Source: Bacilli bacterium
Lineage (GTDB): Bacteria; Bacillota_I; Bacilli_A; RFN20; CAG-826
Assembly: GCA_041653015.1 (NCBI GenBank)
Contig: JBAZGG010000002.1
Location: forward strand, 36,378-100,377
Reading direction: 5' to 3'
DNA: 64,000 bases
In this document: piece after piece, positions 30,144-39,551 of the stretch
How the letters are laid out: every line of letters begins with the position of its first letter
How positions within the stretch are numbered: the stretch's first letter is position 1
The notes under the pieces: generated by a model
What the model was told of the DNA's origin: nothing
Databases searched by the model: none
What the model saw: only the letters and a program-made list of their open reading frames with translations
Made by a program: the position numbers and the translations under genes

Positions 30144-31580
30144 TTATCTTCCTAGAAGTTTATGATAGAGTTTCAAGTAGTCATTTGCCGAATTGTGCCA
30201 ACCATTATCTGTCTTCATCGCATTAATGCGAAGCTTTTTTAATAGCGCTCTATCATTATAAGATTTTAAAGCTTCAAAACAAGCATAATCAATGCCTGAG
30301 TAATCATAATTGTTGAACGAAAATCCATTTGCGACAGCGGAATTGCTTTCATCGTAAGAAATGACAGTATCTCTCAAACCACCTGTATTTCGAACGATGG
30401 GTAATGTGCCATATCTCTCGGCGATCATCTGGCCGATTCCACATGGTTCAAATAACGAGGGCATTAAAAAGAAATCGCTGCCGGAATAAATTTTGTGAGC
30501 AAGTTGGTTTGAATATCCGATATATATACCCATTTTTTGAGGATACATCCGCCTTAGAGACTCCAGTTTTTGTTCGAGATCATATTCGCCGCTGCCCAAT
30601 ATCACAATCGAGTGACCTTTTGATAGTAGTAAATCAGCAATCGATATCACAAGGTCGATTCCTTTTTGCCAAGTTAATCTCGACACCAGACCAAAGACCG
30701 GTTGATTATCATCGACAAGATTAAAATAATCAAGGAGATTCTTTTTATTATCTCTCTTGCCCGACGTAACGTTTTTAACATCGTATTTTGCAAAGATTAA
30801 ATCATCGCTCTTCGGATCGAATTCAACCATATCTATGCCATTTAAAACGCCGACAAAATTATCAGCTCTTTCTTTTAGAACATCTTCTAAACCCTGTCCG
30901 TATTCGGCGGTTAGAAGCTCCTCTCGATGAGTAGGCGATACAGTCGTTATTTTATCAGCGTATACGATACCAGATTTAAGTGTCGAAAACATGTTTTTAA
31001 GCCGCAAATTCCCATTGTCATAAAGAGAATCTGACAAACCATAGAAATCATTGACAAAAAAGCGATCTAGCATTCCTTGAAATGCTTCGTTATGAATGGT
31101 GATAACAAACTTCGTGTTCACAAACATCGATTCATTTCGATTTTGTTCTTTTATGAGCGCGGGAAGCATGCCGCATTGCCAGTCATGAACATGAATTACA
31201 TCATAAGAGAGTTTCCGCACTTGCATGATTTTTCGCACCATCAGATTAAAAAAAGCAAAGCGCTCACCATCGTCCATGTATCCATACGTATTCGACCGCG
31301 AAAAATAATAATCATTATCTACCAGATAATACGTGATTCCATCCGCATAGGTGATGAAGATATCAGCGCCCTGCTTTCTCCAGCTCATATTCACTTCGCA
31401 TGAGCATATCTTTTTGACCTTTGGATTACATTTTTCTTTAATCGAACGGTAAAAAGGAAGAAATATTGCGACCTCTTCGCCCATGATTGCCAATTCTTTC
31501 GACAATGAATAGACGACATCGGCAAGACCACCGCTTTTGACAAATGGATTAGCTTCGCTTGCAACCATCGCAATTCTCAT
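30144..31580 (-). CDS. glgA: Glycogen synthase
   Basis: Reads [23 protein letters not shown] (GT5), 478 aa. Confidence 0.92.
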   Translation of the reverse strand: MRIAMVASEANPFVKSGGLADVVYSLSKELAIMGEEVAIFLPFYRSIKEKCNPKVKKICSCEVNMSWRKQGADIFITYADGITYYLVDNDYYFSRSNTYGYMDDGERFAFFNLMVRKIMQVRKLSYDVIHVHDWQCGMLPALIKEQNRNESMFVNTKFVITIHNEAFQGMLDRFFVNDFYGLSDSLYDNGNLRLKNMFSTLKSGIVYADKITTVSPTHREELLTAEYGQGLEDVLKERADNFVGVLNGIDMVEFDPKSDDLIFAKYDVKNVTSGKRDNKKNLLDYFNLVDDNQPVFGLVSRLTWQKGIDLVISIADLLLSKGHSIVILGSGEYDLEQKLESLRRMYPQKMGIYIGYSNQLAHKIYSGSDFFLMPSLFEPCGIGQMIAERYGTLPIVRNTGGLRDTVISYDESNSAVANGFSFNNYDYSGIDYACFEALKSYNDRALLKKLRINAMKTDNGWHNSANDYLKLYHKLLGR

Positions 31581-31582
31581 AT

Positions 31583-32707
31583 CTAAATAACCGCTCCTTG
31601 AGGAATATAAAGCGGCTGGCTCTTCGTTCCTTTCAATTTGGTGTTGTCATGAATTGTACAATACTTATCTATAAGGACATTCTCTAACTCAACACCATCG
31701 CCGATGACTGATTTTGAAAGAATTATCGAATCTTTGATATATGCATTCTTATGAACCTTAACATTGCGAGAGACAATAGAGCCTTCGACTCGACCCTCCA
31801 CAATCGCTCCATTTGCGACAAAAGAGTTTTTAACCTTAGCAAATTCACCATATATGCTCGGAGGAGTGTCGTGCGTTAGTGTATAAATCGGCCAGTCATT
31901 CAAGAAAAGCTGATTAGCGATAGAGGCGTTCAAAAGTTCGAGAGAGTATTTCATGAAATGCTCCAGCGAATCAAAGCAGCGAGCATAACCGATATATTCA
32001 TAGGCATGGACTGGAATGATTTTATTAGCGACTTCAGCAATGATTTCCTTAAGCCCAAACAGCGCATTAGTCTTCTCCGCTTTTTTAATCAGATTATACA
32101 TGGTGCTTCGATTGATGATGTATGATTCCATCGACACGTCGGCTTCTTTCACTGATCTATCATTTTTCTTTATGCCGATAACATATCTGTTCTTATCTAA
32201 AGATAAGATATTAGATGTCATAAAAGCTTCATCAGCATTTTTGAGATGAGTGTAGACGACCGTTATCTGCTCGTTGCGCTCTATATGCTCTTTCAATATC
32301 GGTGCGAAATCGATAGTTGAAACGATGTGAACTGGATGTATGACGATATAATCGGGATTAGATCTATTGAGAACCCATTCATTAAAAACAATATTTGAAA
32401 TATCGTGGTTGTATGGCGGATTAAGAATTCCATGCTCGTTAAACATGATTGTCTCACGACCAATTTTCGTATTTTCAATCCACGCTGTCATGGAGCCTAG
32501 ATGGCGCAAAATAGAACGCGGATGATCCTTGATGAGAATTCCCACATCGTCAATTCCAGAGTTGCATAAGTTCGACAGAGCAAAATCAATAAAAGCATAT
32601 CTCCCCAAAAAAGAAGTTGAAGCCATTGTGCGATTTGCCGTCAACGGACCGAGATCAGTTCCGCTATGCAGATTACATAACCCTAAAACAGTATGAGCCA
32701 TACTCAT
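31583..32707 (-). CDS. glgD: Glucose-1-phosphate adenylyltransferase regulatory subunit GlgD
   Basis: NTP-transferase fold without the GGxGxRL motif, with a left-handed beta-helix C-terminus. It follows glgC. Confidence 0.8.
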   Translation of the reverse strand: MSMAHTVLGLCNLHSGTDLGPLTANRTMASTSFLGRYAFIDFALSNLCNSGIDDVGILIKDHPRSILRHLGSMTAWIENTKIGRETIMFNEHGILNPPYNHDISNIVFNEWVLNRSNPDYIVIHPVHIVSTIDFAPILKEHIERNEQITVVYTHLKNADEAFMTSNILSLDKNRYVIGIKKNDRSVKEADVSMESYIINRSTMYNLIKKAEKTNALFGLKEIIAEVANKIIPVHAYEYIGYARCFDSLEHFMKYSLELLNASIANQLFLNDWPIYTLTHDTPPSIYGEFAKVKNSFVANGAIVEGRVEGSIVSRNVKVHKNAYIKDSIILSKSVIGDGVELENVLIDKYCTIHDNTKLKGTKSQPLYIPQGAVI

Positions 32708-33831
32708 CTTCTCCTTTGTGCAATAAGCGTTATCTCATCGCAATTTTTATTGATTATTTCATTTTCGTTGACGATTGCTTCTGGTGCTATCACAGCATTA
32801 TATACTTCAGCATTTTTGCGAATGATAGAGCCGGGCATGACGACGCAATTGACAACTTTTGCTCCTTTTTCAATTGTGACTTCGTTAGATATCACTGAAT
32901 GATTGACGCTGCCATGAATAGTAGCGCCTTGATTGATAATGGAATCTTTGATCGAAGCATCATTGCCGATGTATTGAGGTCGAGAATTAGTATCTTCAGA
33001 ATAAATCTTGTGATGATTTTGAATCGTATAGAGATTGGTTTTTGGATTGCTCAACAATAAATCCATATTCGCTTCATGTAGCGAAGAGATAGTTCCGACA
33101 TCCTTCCAATATCCTTGAAATACATAAGCGACTAGTTTTTTACCTTTATCAAGATAGCCAGGAATAATATCTTTCCCAAAATCATGGCTTGATTCAGGGT
33201 TTTGCGCATCTTGTATCAGCGCTTTTCGCAACGCTTTGTATGTGAAAATATAGACTCCCATCGATGCTAGATCAGAAGAAGGATTTCTAGGCTTTTCTTG
33301 AAACTGAATAATATTCCCATCGGTGTCAGTGACTAAAATGCCAAAGCGCGATGCTTCTTTTAATGGCACTTGTATGACTGAAATTGTGCAGTCAGCCTCC
33401 GTCTCGATGTGATGTTTAAGCATGTCTTTATAATTTGTACAATAGATATGATCGCCGGAAAGAATTAAAACATACTGTGGATCTTGCGAATCTAAAAAAT
33501 CCATATTCTGATAGATAGCATCAGCTGTGCCGCGATACCACGAAAGACCATTCTCAGTTTGGCGTGGCGCTAATGTCGTAGTTAAAGAACGAACTCCATT
33601 AAGACCCCACTTTTCACCATTGCCAATGTAGCTGTCGAGCATCACAGATTCATATTGAGTCAATACACCAACGGTGTTAATACCAGAATTTGCACAATTC
33701 GAGAGCGGAAAATCAATGATGCGATATTTCGCACCATAACTGACAGCGGGTTTGGCGATTTTTTTTGTTAAAGCTTCAAGGCGAGTTCCTTTGCCACCAG
33801 CCAAAATCATCGCAACAATCTCTTTCGACAT
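32704..33831 (-). CDS. glgC: Glucose-1-phosphate adenylyltransferase
   Basis: Motif ILAGGKGTRL. The start was chosen at 33831, after ACGGAGG. Confidence 0.9.
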   Translation of the reverse strand: MSKEIVAMILAGGKGTRLEALTKKIAKPAVSYGAKYRIIDFPLSNCANSGINTVGVLTQYESVMLDSYIGNGEKWGLNGVRSLTTTLAPRQTENGLSWYRGTADAIYQNMDFLDSQDPQYVLILSGDHIYCTNYKDMLKHHIETEADCTISVIQVPLKEASRFGILVTDTDGNIIQFQEKPRNPSSDLASMGVYIFTYKALRKALIQDAQNPESSHDFGKDIIPGYLDKGKKLVAYVFQGYWKDVGTISSLHEANMDLLLSNPKTNLYTIQNHHKIYSEDTNSRPQYIGNDASIKDSIINQGATIHGSVNHSVISNEVTIEKGAKVVNCVVMPGSIIRKNAEVYNAVIAPEAIVNENEIINKNCDEITLIAQRRR

Positions 33832-33896
33832 GATCTGTGCCTCCGTTAATTCTTTTTTATTGTAGCACAATAAGTAGTTGCCTTTAACTAAAATCT

Positions 33897-34382
33897 ATGA
33901 TTGTGTATAATAGCGATATGGAAAAGAAAAAACTATTTCTTTCACCAAAGAGAATGATGATCACTTTTGGCGCTCTTTGCCTGCTGATGGAAATACTTAT
34001 TTTAGGCAGTGGTTTTTTATTGAGTTGGGAATATATGGTGACAAATTATATAGTGACCATCATCATCGCAAGTTCAATAATTATCCTGTGCGCTTTTCTA
34101 TGCTTTATCGGGCTTAAAACATCATATTATATCGTCGATAAAAAGGGAATATATTATCATAAATCAGGTGGCGATTTGTATTACGAGTTCAAATCGATAT
34201 TATACATCGATGAAATATATACAAAAAAGCATCATGTCATGCATTGTTATACCGATTTGGGAAAAGAACTATTTATCGTCTTTGACACGAATGGTTTGAT
34301 CTATGAGTACGCCCTAGAATATTGTGACAGGCTTCTTAATAAAGAAGAGTTCATGAGACGATCCCCAAACATTAAGTTATAA
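33897..34382 (+). CDS. Hypothetical small membrane protein (two TM helices plus a cytoplasmic domain)
   Basis: A hydrophobic N-terminal pair of helices. The start is uncertain; an alternative lies at 33918. Confidence 0.45.
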   Translation: MIVYNSDMEKKKLFLSPKRMMITFGALCLLMEILILGSGFLLSWEYMVTNYIVTIIIASSIIILCAFLCFIGLKTSYYIVDKKGIYYHKSGGDLYYEFKSILYIDEIYTKKHHVMHCYTDLGKELFIVFDTNGLIYEYALEYCDRLLNKEEFMRRSPNIKL

Positions 34383-34451
34383 TTTTGTTGAAGATAATTT
34401 TAACTTATGTTAATCTAATCAAGCGTTTATAAAAGAAATGAGGTTGAGTTT

Positions 34452-34637
34452 ATGTCAAGAGTATGCCAAATAAGTGGAAAGGGCCCAATGAGCGGAAACA
34501 AGCGTTCACACAGCTTAATCGCCACACGCCGAAGATGGAATGTTAATCTCCAGAAATACAAAATTGAAGTCGATGGCAAGATGGTGACAGTAAGAATGTC
34601 CGCTAGAGCTCATAAATCGCTCAACAAATCGAGATAA
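34452..34637 (+). CDS. rpmB: 50S ribosomal protein L28
   Basis: Reads MSRVCQISGKGPMSGNKRSHS...; 61 aa. Promoter TTGAAG-17-TAATCT at about 34388-34416. Confidence 0.92.
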   Translation: MSRVCQISGKGPMSGNKRSHSLIATRRRWNVNLQKYKIEVDGKMVTVRMSARAHKSLNKSR

Positions 34638-34652
34638 ATTAAATTGAAATAG

Positions 34653-34680
34653 AAAAGGCCGAAATCGGCTTTTTCTTTTT
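34653..34680. terminator. Intrinsic terminator after rpmB, convergent with the membrane-protein gene
   Basis: AAGGCCGAAATCGGCTTTTTCTTTTT. Confidence 0.7.
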
Positions 34681-35365
34681 ATCGCATATATACGATTAAA
34701 TAAGTTATAAGAGCTAGAAACGCAATGATAAATTGGATGATAACAATAGACCATTCGCTGACAGCGAGCGCAAATATTTTAGGCCGTGCATAAGTTAATT
34801 CGCCACTATCAGAAGGATGCTTTTCTAGTTCAGTCCACGTCTTTAATTTTGGATTAAAAATAATTAAAAATTCAGCGAGTGAAAGTATGAAGCACAGAAT
34901 CGCGATTATCAATACTGGAGATTGCATCGTTATGCTGTAGATATTGATTAAAGAAAGACCGAGGGCGGTGCTTCCCAACAACGAAAAAGAAAAGAACAAA
35001 GTAGCGAGAGCGGAATGAACCTTGATGAAAAAGGCTGGAATTAAAATTAAGGAGAGATAGAACAATTGGGTAACGGCGTATATACCTGCAATCATGATGA
35101 AATATATCATCGTAGAAAAAACGCCATCAGCTAAAGAAATATATGGAATAAATGCGGTAATTGAAATTCCAATATATATGACACTCGAAATCAAATATAT
35201 GAGATTTTTATTTTTTCCGAATGGAGAATAGAGTTCGTATGGAAATTCTTTAAAAAAAGAAAAATTTCTTTTAAACATTTTTTTGAATATTAACTCACCA
35301 GCGAAAATTGAGATGATGAAAAAGAAGATTAAACCGATTAATAGACATATGGTGACTTGGGTCAT
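34679..35365 (-). CDS. Hypothetical polytopic membrane protein. It occupies the position of thiN in the Bacillus cluster.
   Basis: Six to seven predicted TM helices. The start was set at the internal Met (MTQVTICLL) abutting the rpe stop. The track ORF extends to 35497 inside rpe. Confidence 0.5.
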   Translation of the reverse strand: MTQVTICLLIGLIFFFIISIFAGELIFKKMFKRNFSFFKEFPYELYSPFGKNKNLIYLISSVIYIGISITAFIPYISLADGVFSTMIYFIMIAGIYAVTQLFYLSLILIPAFFIKVHSALATLFFSFSLLGSTALGLSLINIYSITMQSPVLIIAILCFILSLAEFLIIFNPKLKTWTELEKHPSDSGELTYARPKIFALAVSEWSIVIIQFIIAFLALITYLIVYMR

Positions 35366-35366
35366 A

Positions 35367-36029
35367 TTATCGCAAGGATTCAATCCTTTCTTTAATATCA
35401 TTATGACCAAATAAATACGTGCCGGCAACGAGAATGTCCGCTCCTGCTTTTTTAACCAATAGGCCTGTCTCGCTATTGATTCCACCATCAACTTCAATTA
35501 AAACATCGAGGTGCCTTTTATCTATTTCTTGTCGCAGATATTTAATTTTTTCAAGAGAATTAGACATGAATTTCTGACCGCCTAATCCCGGTTCAACAGA
35601 CATGATGAGAACCAGATCAATTATATCCAAAAATTTATCGAGAACTGAAACGTCAGTTGCTGGCTTAATCGATATCCCAACTTTTATTCCATAATATTTA
35701 ATAGCAGAGATAGTCGCTAAAACATCGTTTTCGCTATTGAGAGCTTCATAGTGAAAAGTGACAATATCTGCACCATCGAGTGCAAAAAGTGGTCCCATCT
35801 CTAAAGGATTTTCAATCATGATATGAACATCGTTGATCAGACTATGTTCTTTAGCGATCGATTTGAAGTCAGCAAGAGAGAATGAAGTGTTGGAAACAAA
35901 TTTGCCATCCATCACATCGTAGTGAAGGTATTCAACACCGAGAGACTCGACCAAATGAATCTCTTTTAAAAGATTATTTTTGTCTGCCGCAAGCAAGCTT
36001 GGTGCGATAAAACATTTTTTCATTTGCAT
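35367..36029 (-). CDS. rpe: Ribulose-phosphate 3-epimerase
   Basis: Motifs HLDVMDG and VDGGI, 220 aa. Confidence 0.9.
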   Translation of the reverse strand: MQMKKCFIAPSLLAADKNNLLKEIHLVESLGVEYLHYDVMDGKFVSNTSFSLADFKSIAKEHSLINDVHIMIENPLEMGPLFALDGADIVTFHYEALNSENDVLATISAIKYYGIKVGISIKPATDVSVLDKFLDIIDLVLIMSVEPGLGGQKFMSNSLEKIKYLRQEIDKRHLDVLIEVDGGINSETGLLVKKAGADILVAGTYLFGHNDIKERIESLR

Positions 36030-36883
36030 CTCTCCTTTTTAAATGGCAATTCGCCAAGTATCTTTAAGTATATAGCATATGCGTGTAAAGAAATAAGCCT
36101 CTCATCGATTTCCTCTTTTATTCGGCACTGCTTTTCACCAGTGTGGAGACAATTTGAATAAAAACATTTATTGCTGTTTTCAAATCCAGGAAAACACTTA
36201 GCTAAATCTTCCTTGCAAATATCCAATTCGAGAGATGAAAAACCAGGCGTGTCACCGATAAAACCATTTTCGAAAGGAAGTAAAATAACCTCTTTTGTCT
36301 GATGCTTTCCTCGGCCCAAAGCCACAGAATAACTACCAATTCTTCGCATGAACGAACTATCTAAAAAATTGATGAGAGATGATTTACCCACACCTGTTTG
36401 GCCCATTAAAAGAGAAACCTTATTTTTAAAGATTCCAACCAGTTCAGACGATATTTCGCCACCTGACATGTGAGAAAAAACCTTTATATGAGCATAACTC
36501 AATTCACATTTTAAATCATTTAGATCCTTTGCGTGGTCATCCATTAAATCCAATTTCGTAAATATGACGACTGCCGGAATATCGTTAGAATTAGCATATG
36601 AGAGAAATTTGTAGAGCAAATATGGTGATAAAAGCGGTTCTTTCGCGCTCATGACGATAACGATTTGATCGATATTCGCCGCTTTTGGTCGCTTTAAAAC
36701 ATTCCTTCGAGGAATGAGATCAGTTATTACGCAATCATCTTCCGAAAAAATGACGTTATCACCAACGACTAAATTCTTGTTTTGAAAACGCAAAATGCCT
36801 TTCGAAAAAACATTATATGTGATGCCGTGAGCGCATATTGTAAACACGCCACCAGCAGATGAAATGATTTTACCTTCCATCAA
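36020..36883 (-). CDS. rsgA: Ribosome small-subunit-dependent GTPase A
   Basis: Circularly permuted GTPase (GQTGVGKSSLIN) with a C-terminal zinc finger. Confidence 0.88.
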   Translation of the reverse strand: MMEGKIISSAGGVFTICAHGITYNVFSKGILRFQNKNLVVGDNVIFSEDDCVITDLIPRRNVLKRPKAANIDQIVIVMSAKEPLLSPYLLYKFLSYANSNDIPAVVIFTKLDLMDDHAKDLNDLKCELSYAHIKVFSHMSGGEISSELVGIFKNKVSLLMGQTGVGKSSLINFLDSSFMRRIGSYSVALGRGKHQTKEVILLPFENGFIGDTPGFSSLELDICKEDLAKCFPGFENSNKCFYSNCLHTGEKQCRIKEEIDERLISLHAYAIYLKILGELPFKKERCK

Positions 36884-37764
36884 TCACCTTTAAAACCAAA
36901 AAGACGAGCGAAAAAGTTTTGCTTTTCTTTAAAATTCTCTTTGTTGTGCATGGCTTTTTCAATATCGCTGTGCATCAACTGGGCAGTTTCATAACGCTCA
37001 TCGGGATTTTTTCTACAAGCTTTAAAGATTATTCTTTCAATTTCTTTAGAGATATTGGGATTAAACTTAGTAGGGCTCGGGAATGGTTTTTTAACATGCT
37101 GAATTGCGATATCTATCGGGGTTCCATCTTCATAGGGAAGACGGCCGGTTACTAATTCAAAAAAAGTGACTCCTAAAGAATAGACATCGCTTTTCGTTGT
37201 CGCGTGTTGTGACTGACAAATTTCAGGAGCCAAATAATGAACGCTTCCCATTATTGACTTGGATGAATTATCGTCCACATCTCCTTCTTCCATCGCGATG
37301 CCGAAATCGCCGAGTTTAATCGTCCCATCTGACATGCTATAAATATTTTGAGGTTTAATATCGCGATGAATCACGCCGTGCTCATGAATATATTGAATTG
37401 CACTCGTCAATTGCAACATTACTTCGCAAGCTTCAAGCACCGTCAATTTGGTTGAGAAATCAAGTCTCTCACGAAGAGTTTGGCCTTTAATAAACTCATT
37501 GGCGATGTATGGTCGACCATCGATTTCACCTTGATTATAAACTTTGACGATGTTCGGATGGTTAAAACTCGCTGAAGCCATTGCTTCATATGTAAAACGA
37601 CGCAAATTCTCATCGGAGGACATCAGTTCTTCTTTTATAACTTTTATCGCAACTATTTTCTTGGTAATTATATCGGTTGCTTCGTAAACTTCCGCCATAC
37701 CGCCAGATCCGACACGAGAAACGATGCGGTATCGATCATCAACTTTTTCGCCGATATTAATCAT
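36880..37764 (-). CDS. Hanks-type Ser/Thr protein kinase (PrkC homologue lacking TM and PASTA domains)
   Basis: Motifs GSGGMAEVY, HRDIKPQN and DFGIA. It ends about 40 aa after the kinase domain. The start was set at 37764. Confidence 0.85.
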   Translation of the reverse strand: MINIGEKVDDRYRIVSRVGSGGMAEVYEATDIITKKIVAIKVIKEELMSSDENLRRFTYEAMASASFNHPNIVKVYNQGEIDGRPYIANEFIKGQTLRERLDFSTKLTVLEACEVMLQLTSAIQYIHEHGVIHRDIKPQNIYSMSDGTIKLGDFGIAMEEGDVDDNSSKSIMGSVHYLAPEICQSQHATTKSDVYSLGVTFFELVTGRLPYEDGTPIDIAIQHVKKPFPSPTKFNPNISKEIERIIFKACRKNPDERYETAQLMHSDIEKAMHNKENFKEKQNFFARLFGFKGD

Positions 37765-38563
37765 GATTGCTCTCCCAATAAGCAATAGCGATATTATCAG
37801 AACCACCATTTTCATTCGCCGTTCTAATCAACATATCAACTTTTTGAGCGATTCGATCATCGCTTTGCAAAATTGTAAATACTTCTTTTTGATCCATGTT
37901 ATTGTACAAACCATCGCTGCACAACAATATCGAGTTGCCGAGATAAGGCAAAACATTGACATCGAGATTGATCGATGGATATATGCCTAGTGCATTCATT
38001 AAAACGTGTCGTTTTGGGTGAGATTCCATCTCTTCTTTCGTAATTTTACCTGTGCGATACAAATAATCGACATAAGTTTGATCCGTCGTCAATTGAGCGA
38101 GCCCATCAAATTTAACCTCATAAGCACGTGAATCGCCAATGTTAGCAATCACAATTTTGTCCCGAATGATAAGAGCCGCAACCATAGTTGTTCCCATATC
38201 TTTATACGCAGAATTTCGATATGCTTCATTATAGATTTGCAGATTTGTATTTCTGATCACTTTAGAAAACCAATATTTTGTCATAAAAAGGGAGCCAAAA
38301 TGGTTTTTCTTTCGAAATGCATCGCTGATTGTGTCAACGGCAAATTTAGAAGCGTAATCGCCTTTATTGTGACCGCCCATCCCGTCGCAGACCAAAAGAA
38401 GAATATCACCGCTTGAATTAGAAAGTGCAATCGCTTGATCTTCGTTGATCATGCGGACTTTTCCGATGTTTGTTTTATAGGCAAATTGCCCAGAATTTCT
38501 ACGATTCATTATGAGAATACTTAGCGCGAAGTTGACCACAGGCGGCATCAATATCCGAACCAA
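37757..38563 (-). CDS. PP2C-family Ser/Thr phosphatase (PrpC/Stp-like)
   Basis: Motifs GxxRxxNEDQ and DGMGG. The start is uncertain; an internal Met near 38509 is possible. Confidence 0.85.
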   Translation of the reverse strand: MVRILMPPVVNFALSILIMNRRNSGQFAYKTNIGKVRMINEDQAIALSNSSGDILLLVCDGMGGHNKGDYASKFAVDTISDAFRKKNHFGSLFMTKYWFSKVIRNTNLQIYNEAYRNSAYKDMGTTMVAALIIRDKIVIANIGDSRAYEVKFDGLAQLTTDQTYVDYLYRTGKITKEEMESHPKRHVLMNALGIYPSINLDVNVLPYLGNSILLCSDGLYNNMDQKEVFTILQSDDRIAQKVDMLIRTANENGGSDNIAIAYWESNHD

Positions 38564-39551
38564 ACTCCTTTCTAATTGTCGCGGTTATACCGCGTTTTGT
38601 CAATCTATCAAGAAAATCGTGAATTGTTTTGTCATCGCTCCGCTTGAAAGAATTTTCATTAACTTCGTTATAAGGAATAAGATTAACATATGCGAGCATT
38701 CCTCGTATTAAATCTGATAATTCATCGGCACAAGAAATTGAATCGTTGATTCCTTTTAGTAAAATATATTCGAAAGTGACACGTCGGCCCGCTTCTTGCT
38801 CATAGTATTTGGCGGCCTCAATAATGTCTTTAATGGGATACGCCTTGTTGATTTTCATGATTTCATTTCGAGTGGCATCATTCGAAGCATGAAGAGAAAT
38901 GGCTAGATTTATTTGTATTCCTTCATGAGCATATCTCTTGATTTTATCGACTAGTCCACACGTTGATACAGTGATGTGTCGAGCGCCGATAGCAAGACCC
39001 TTTTGATAATTGATAATACGAACAAAACTCATGACATTATCATAATTGTCAAATGGTTCACCAGTGCCCATGACGACGACATGAGTAATATGTTCATTAT
39101 CTTGATTTAACAAATCGTTAACAACTAGAAACTGACCCATCATTTCTGATGTCTCCAAATTCCTAGTTTTTTTCAAAAGTCCAGAAGCGCAAAATGAACA
39201 GCCCATATTGCAACCAACTTGTGAAGAAATGCAGATGACATTACCATATTCATAACGCATGAGTACCGTTTCAACTCTCGCACCATCTTTCATCTCGAGC
39301 AAAAGTTTGATTGTTCCGTCAGAACTGAGTTGTTTTTTAAAAATAGATGGCTTTTCAAAACAAAATTTTTCTTTCAAAAGTTCGCGAAAAGACAATGAGA
39401 CATCGCTCATAATATCAAATGATGTCGCGCGTTTTAAATAAATCCATGAAAGAAGTTGTTCTGCTCGATATTTTTTCTGCTCCATTTGGAGCATTAATTC
39501 TTCTAACTGATTAGGAGAAACGCCATAAATATTAATCACTGCGGGATTCAC
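38499..39551 (-). CDS. rlmN: 23S rRNA/tRNA adenine-C2 methyltransferase RlmN (radical SAM)
   Basis: Motif CNMGCSFC, 350 aa. Confidence 0.9.
   Translation of the reverse strand: MNPAVINIYGVSPNQLEELMLQMEQKKYRAEQLLSWIYLKRATSFDIMSDVSLSFRELLKEKFCFEKPSIFKKQLSSDGTIKLLLEMKDGARVETVLMRYEYGNVICISSQVGCNMGCSFCASGLLKKTRNLETSEMMGQFLVVNDLLNQDNEHITHVVVMGTGEPFDNYDNVMSFVRIINYQKGLAIGARHITVSTCGLVDKIKRYAHEGIQINLAISLHASNDATRNEIMKINKAYPIKDIIEAAKYYEQEAGRRVTFEYILLKGINDSISCADELSDLIRGMLAYVNLIPYNEVNENSFKRSDDKTIHDFLDRLTKRGITATIRKEFGSDIDAACGQLRAKYSHNES

Noticed and set aside
33897-34382. Small membrane protein plus rpmB as a toxin-antitoxin-like pair
   Set aside because: rpmB is a bona fide L28 with its own promoter and terminator. 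The neighbouring ORF has no toxin or antitoxin hallmarks. The adjacency is coincidental.
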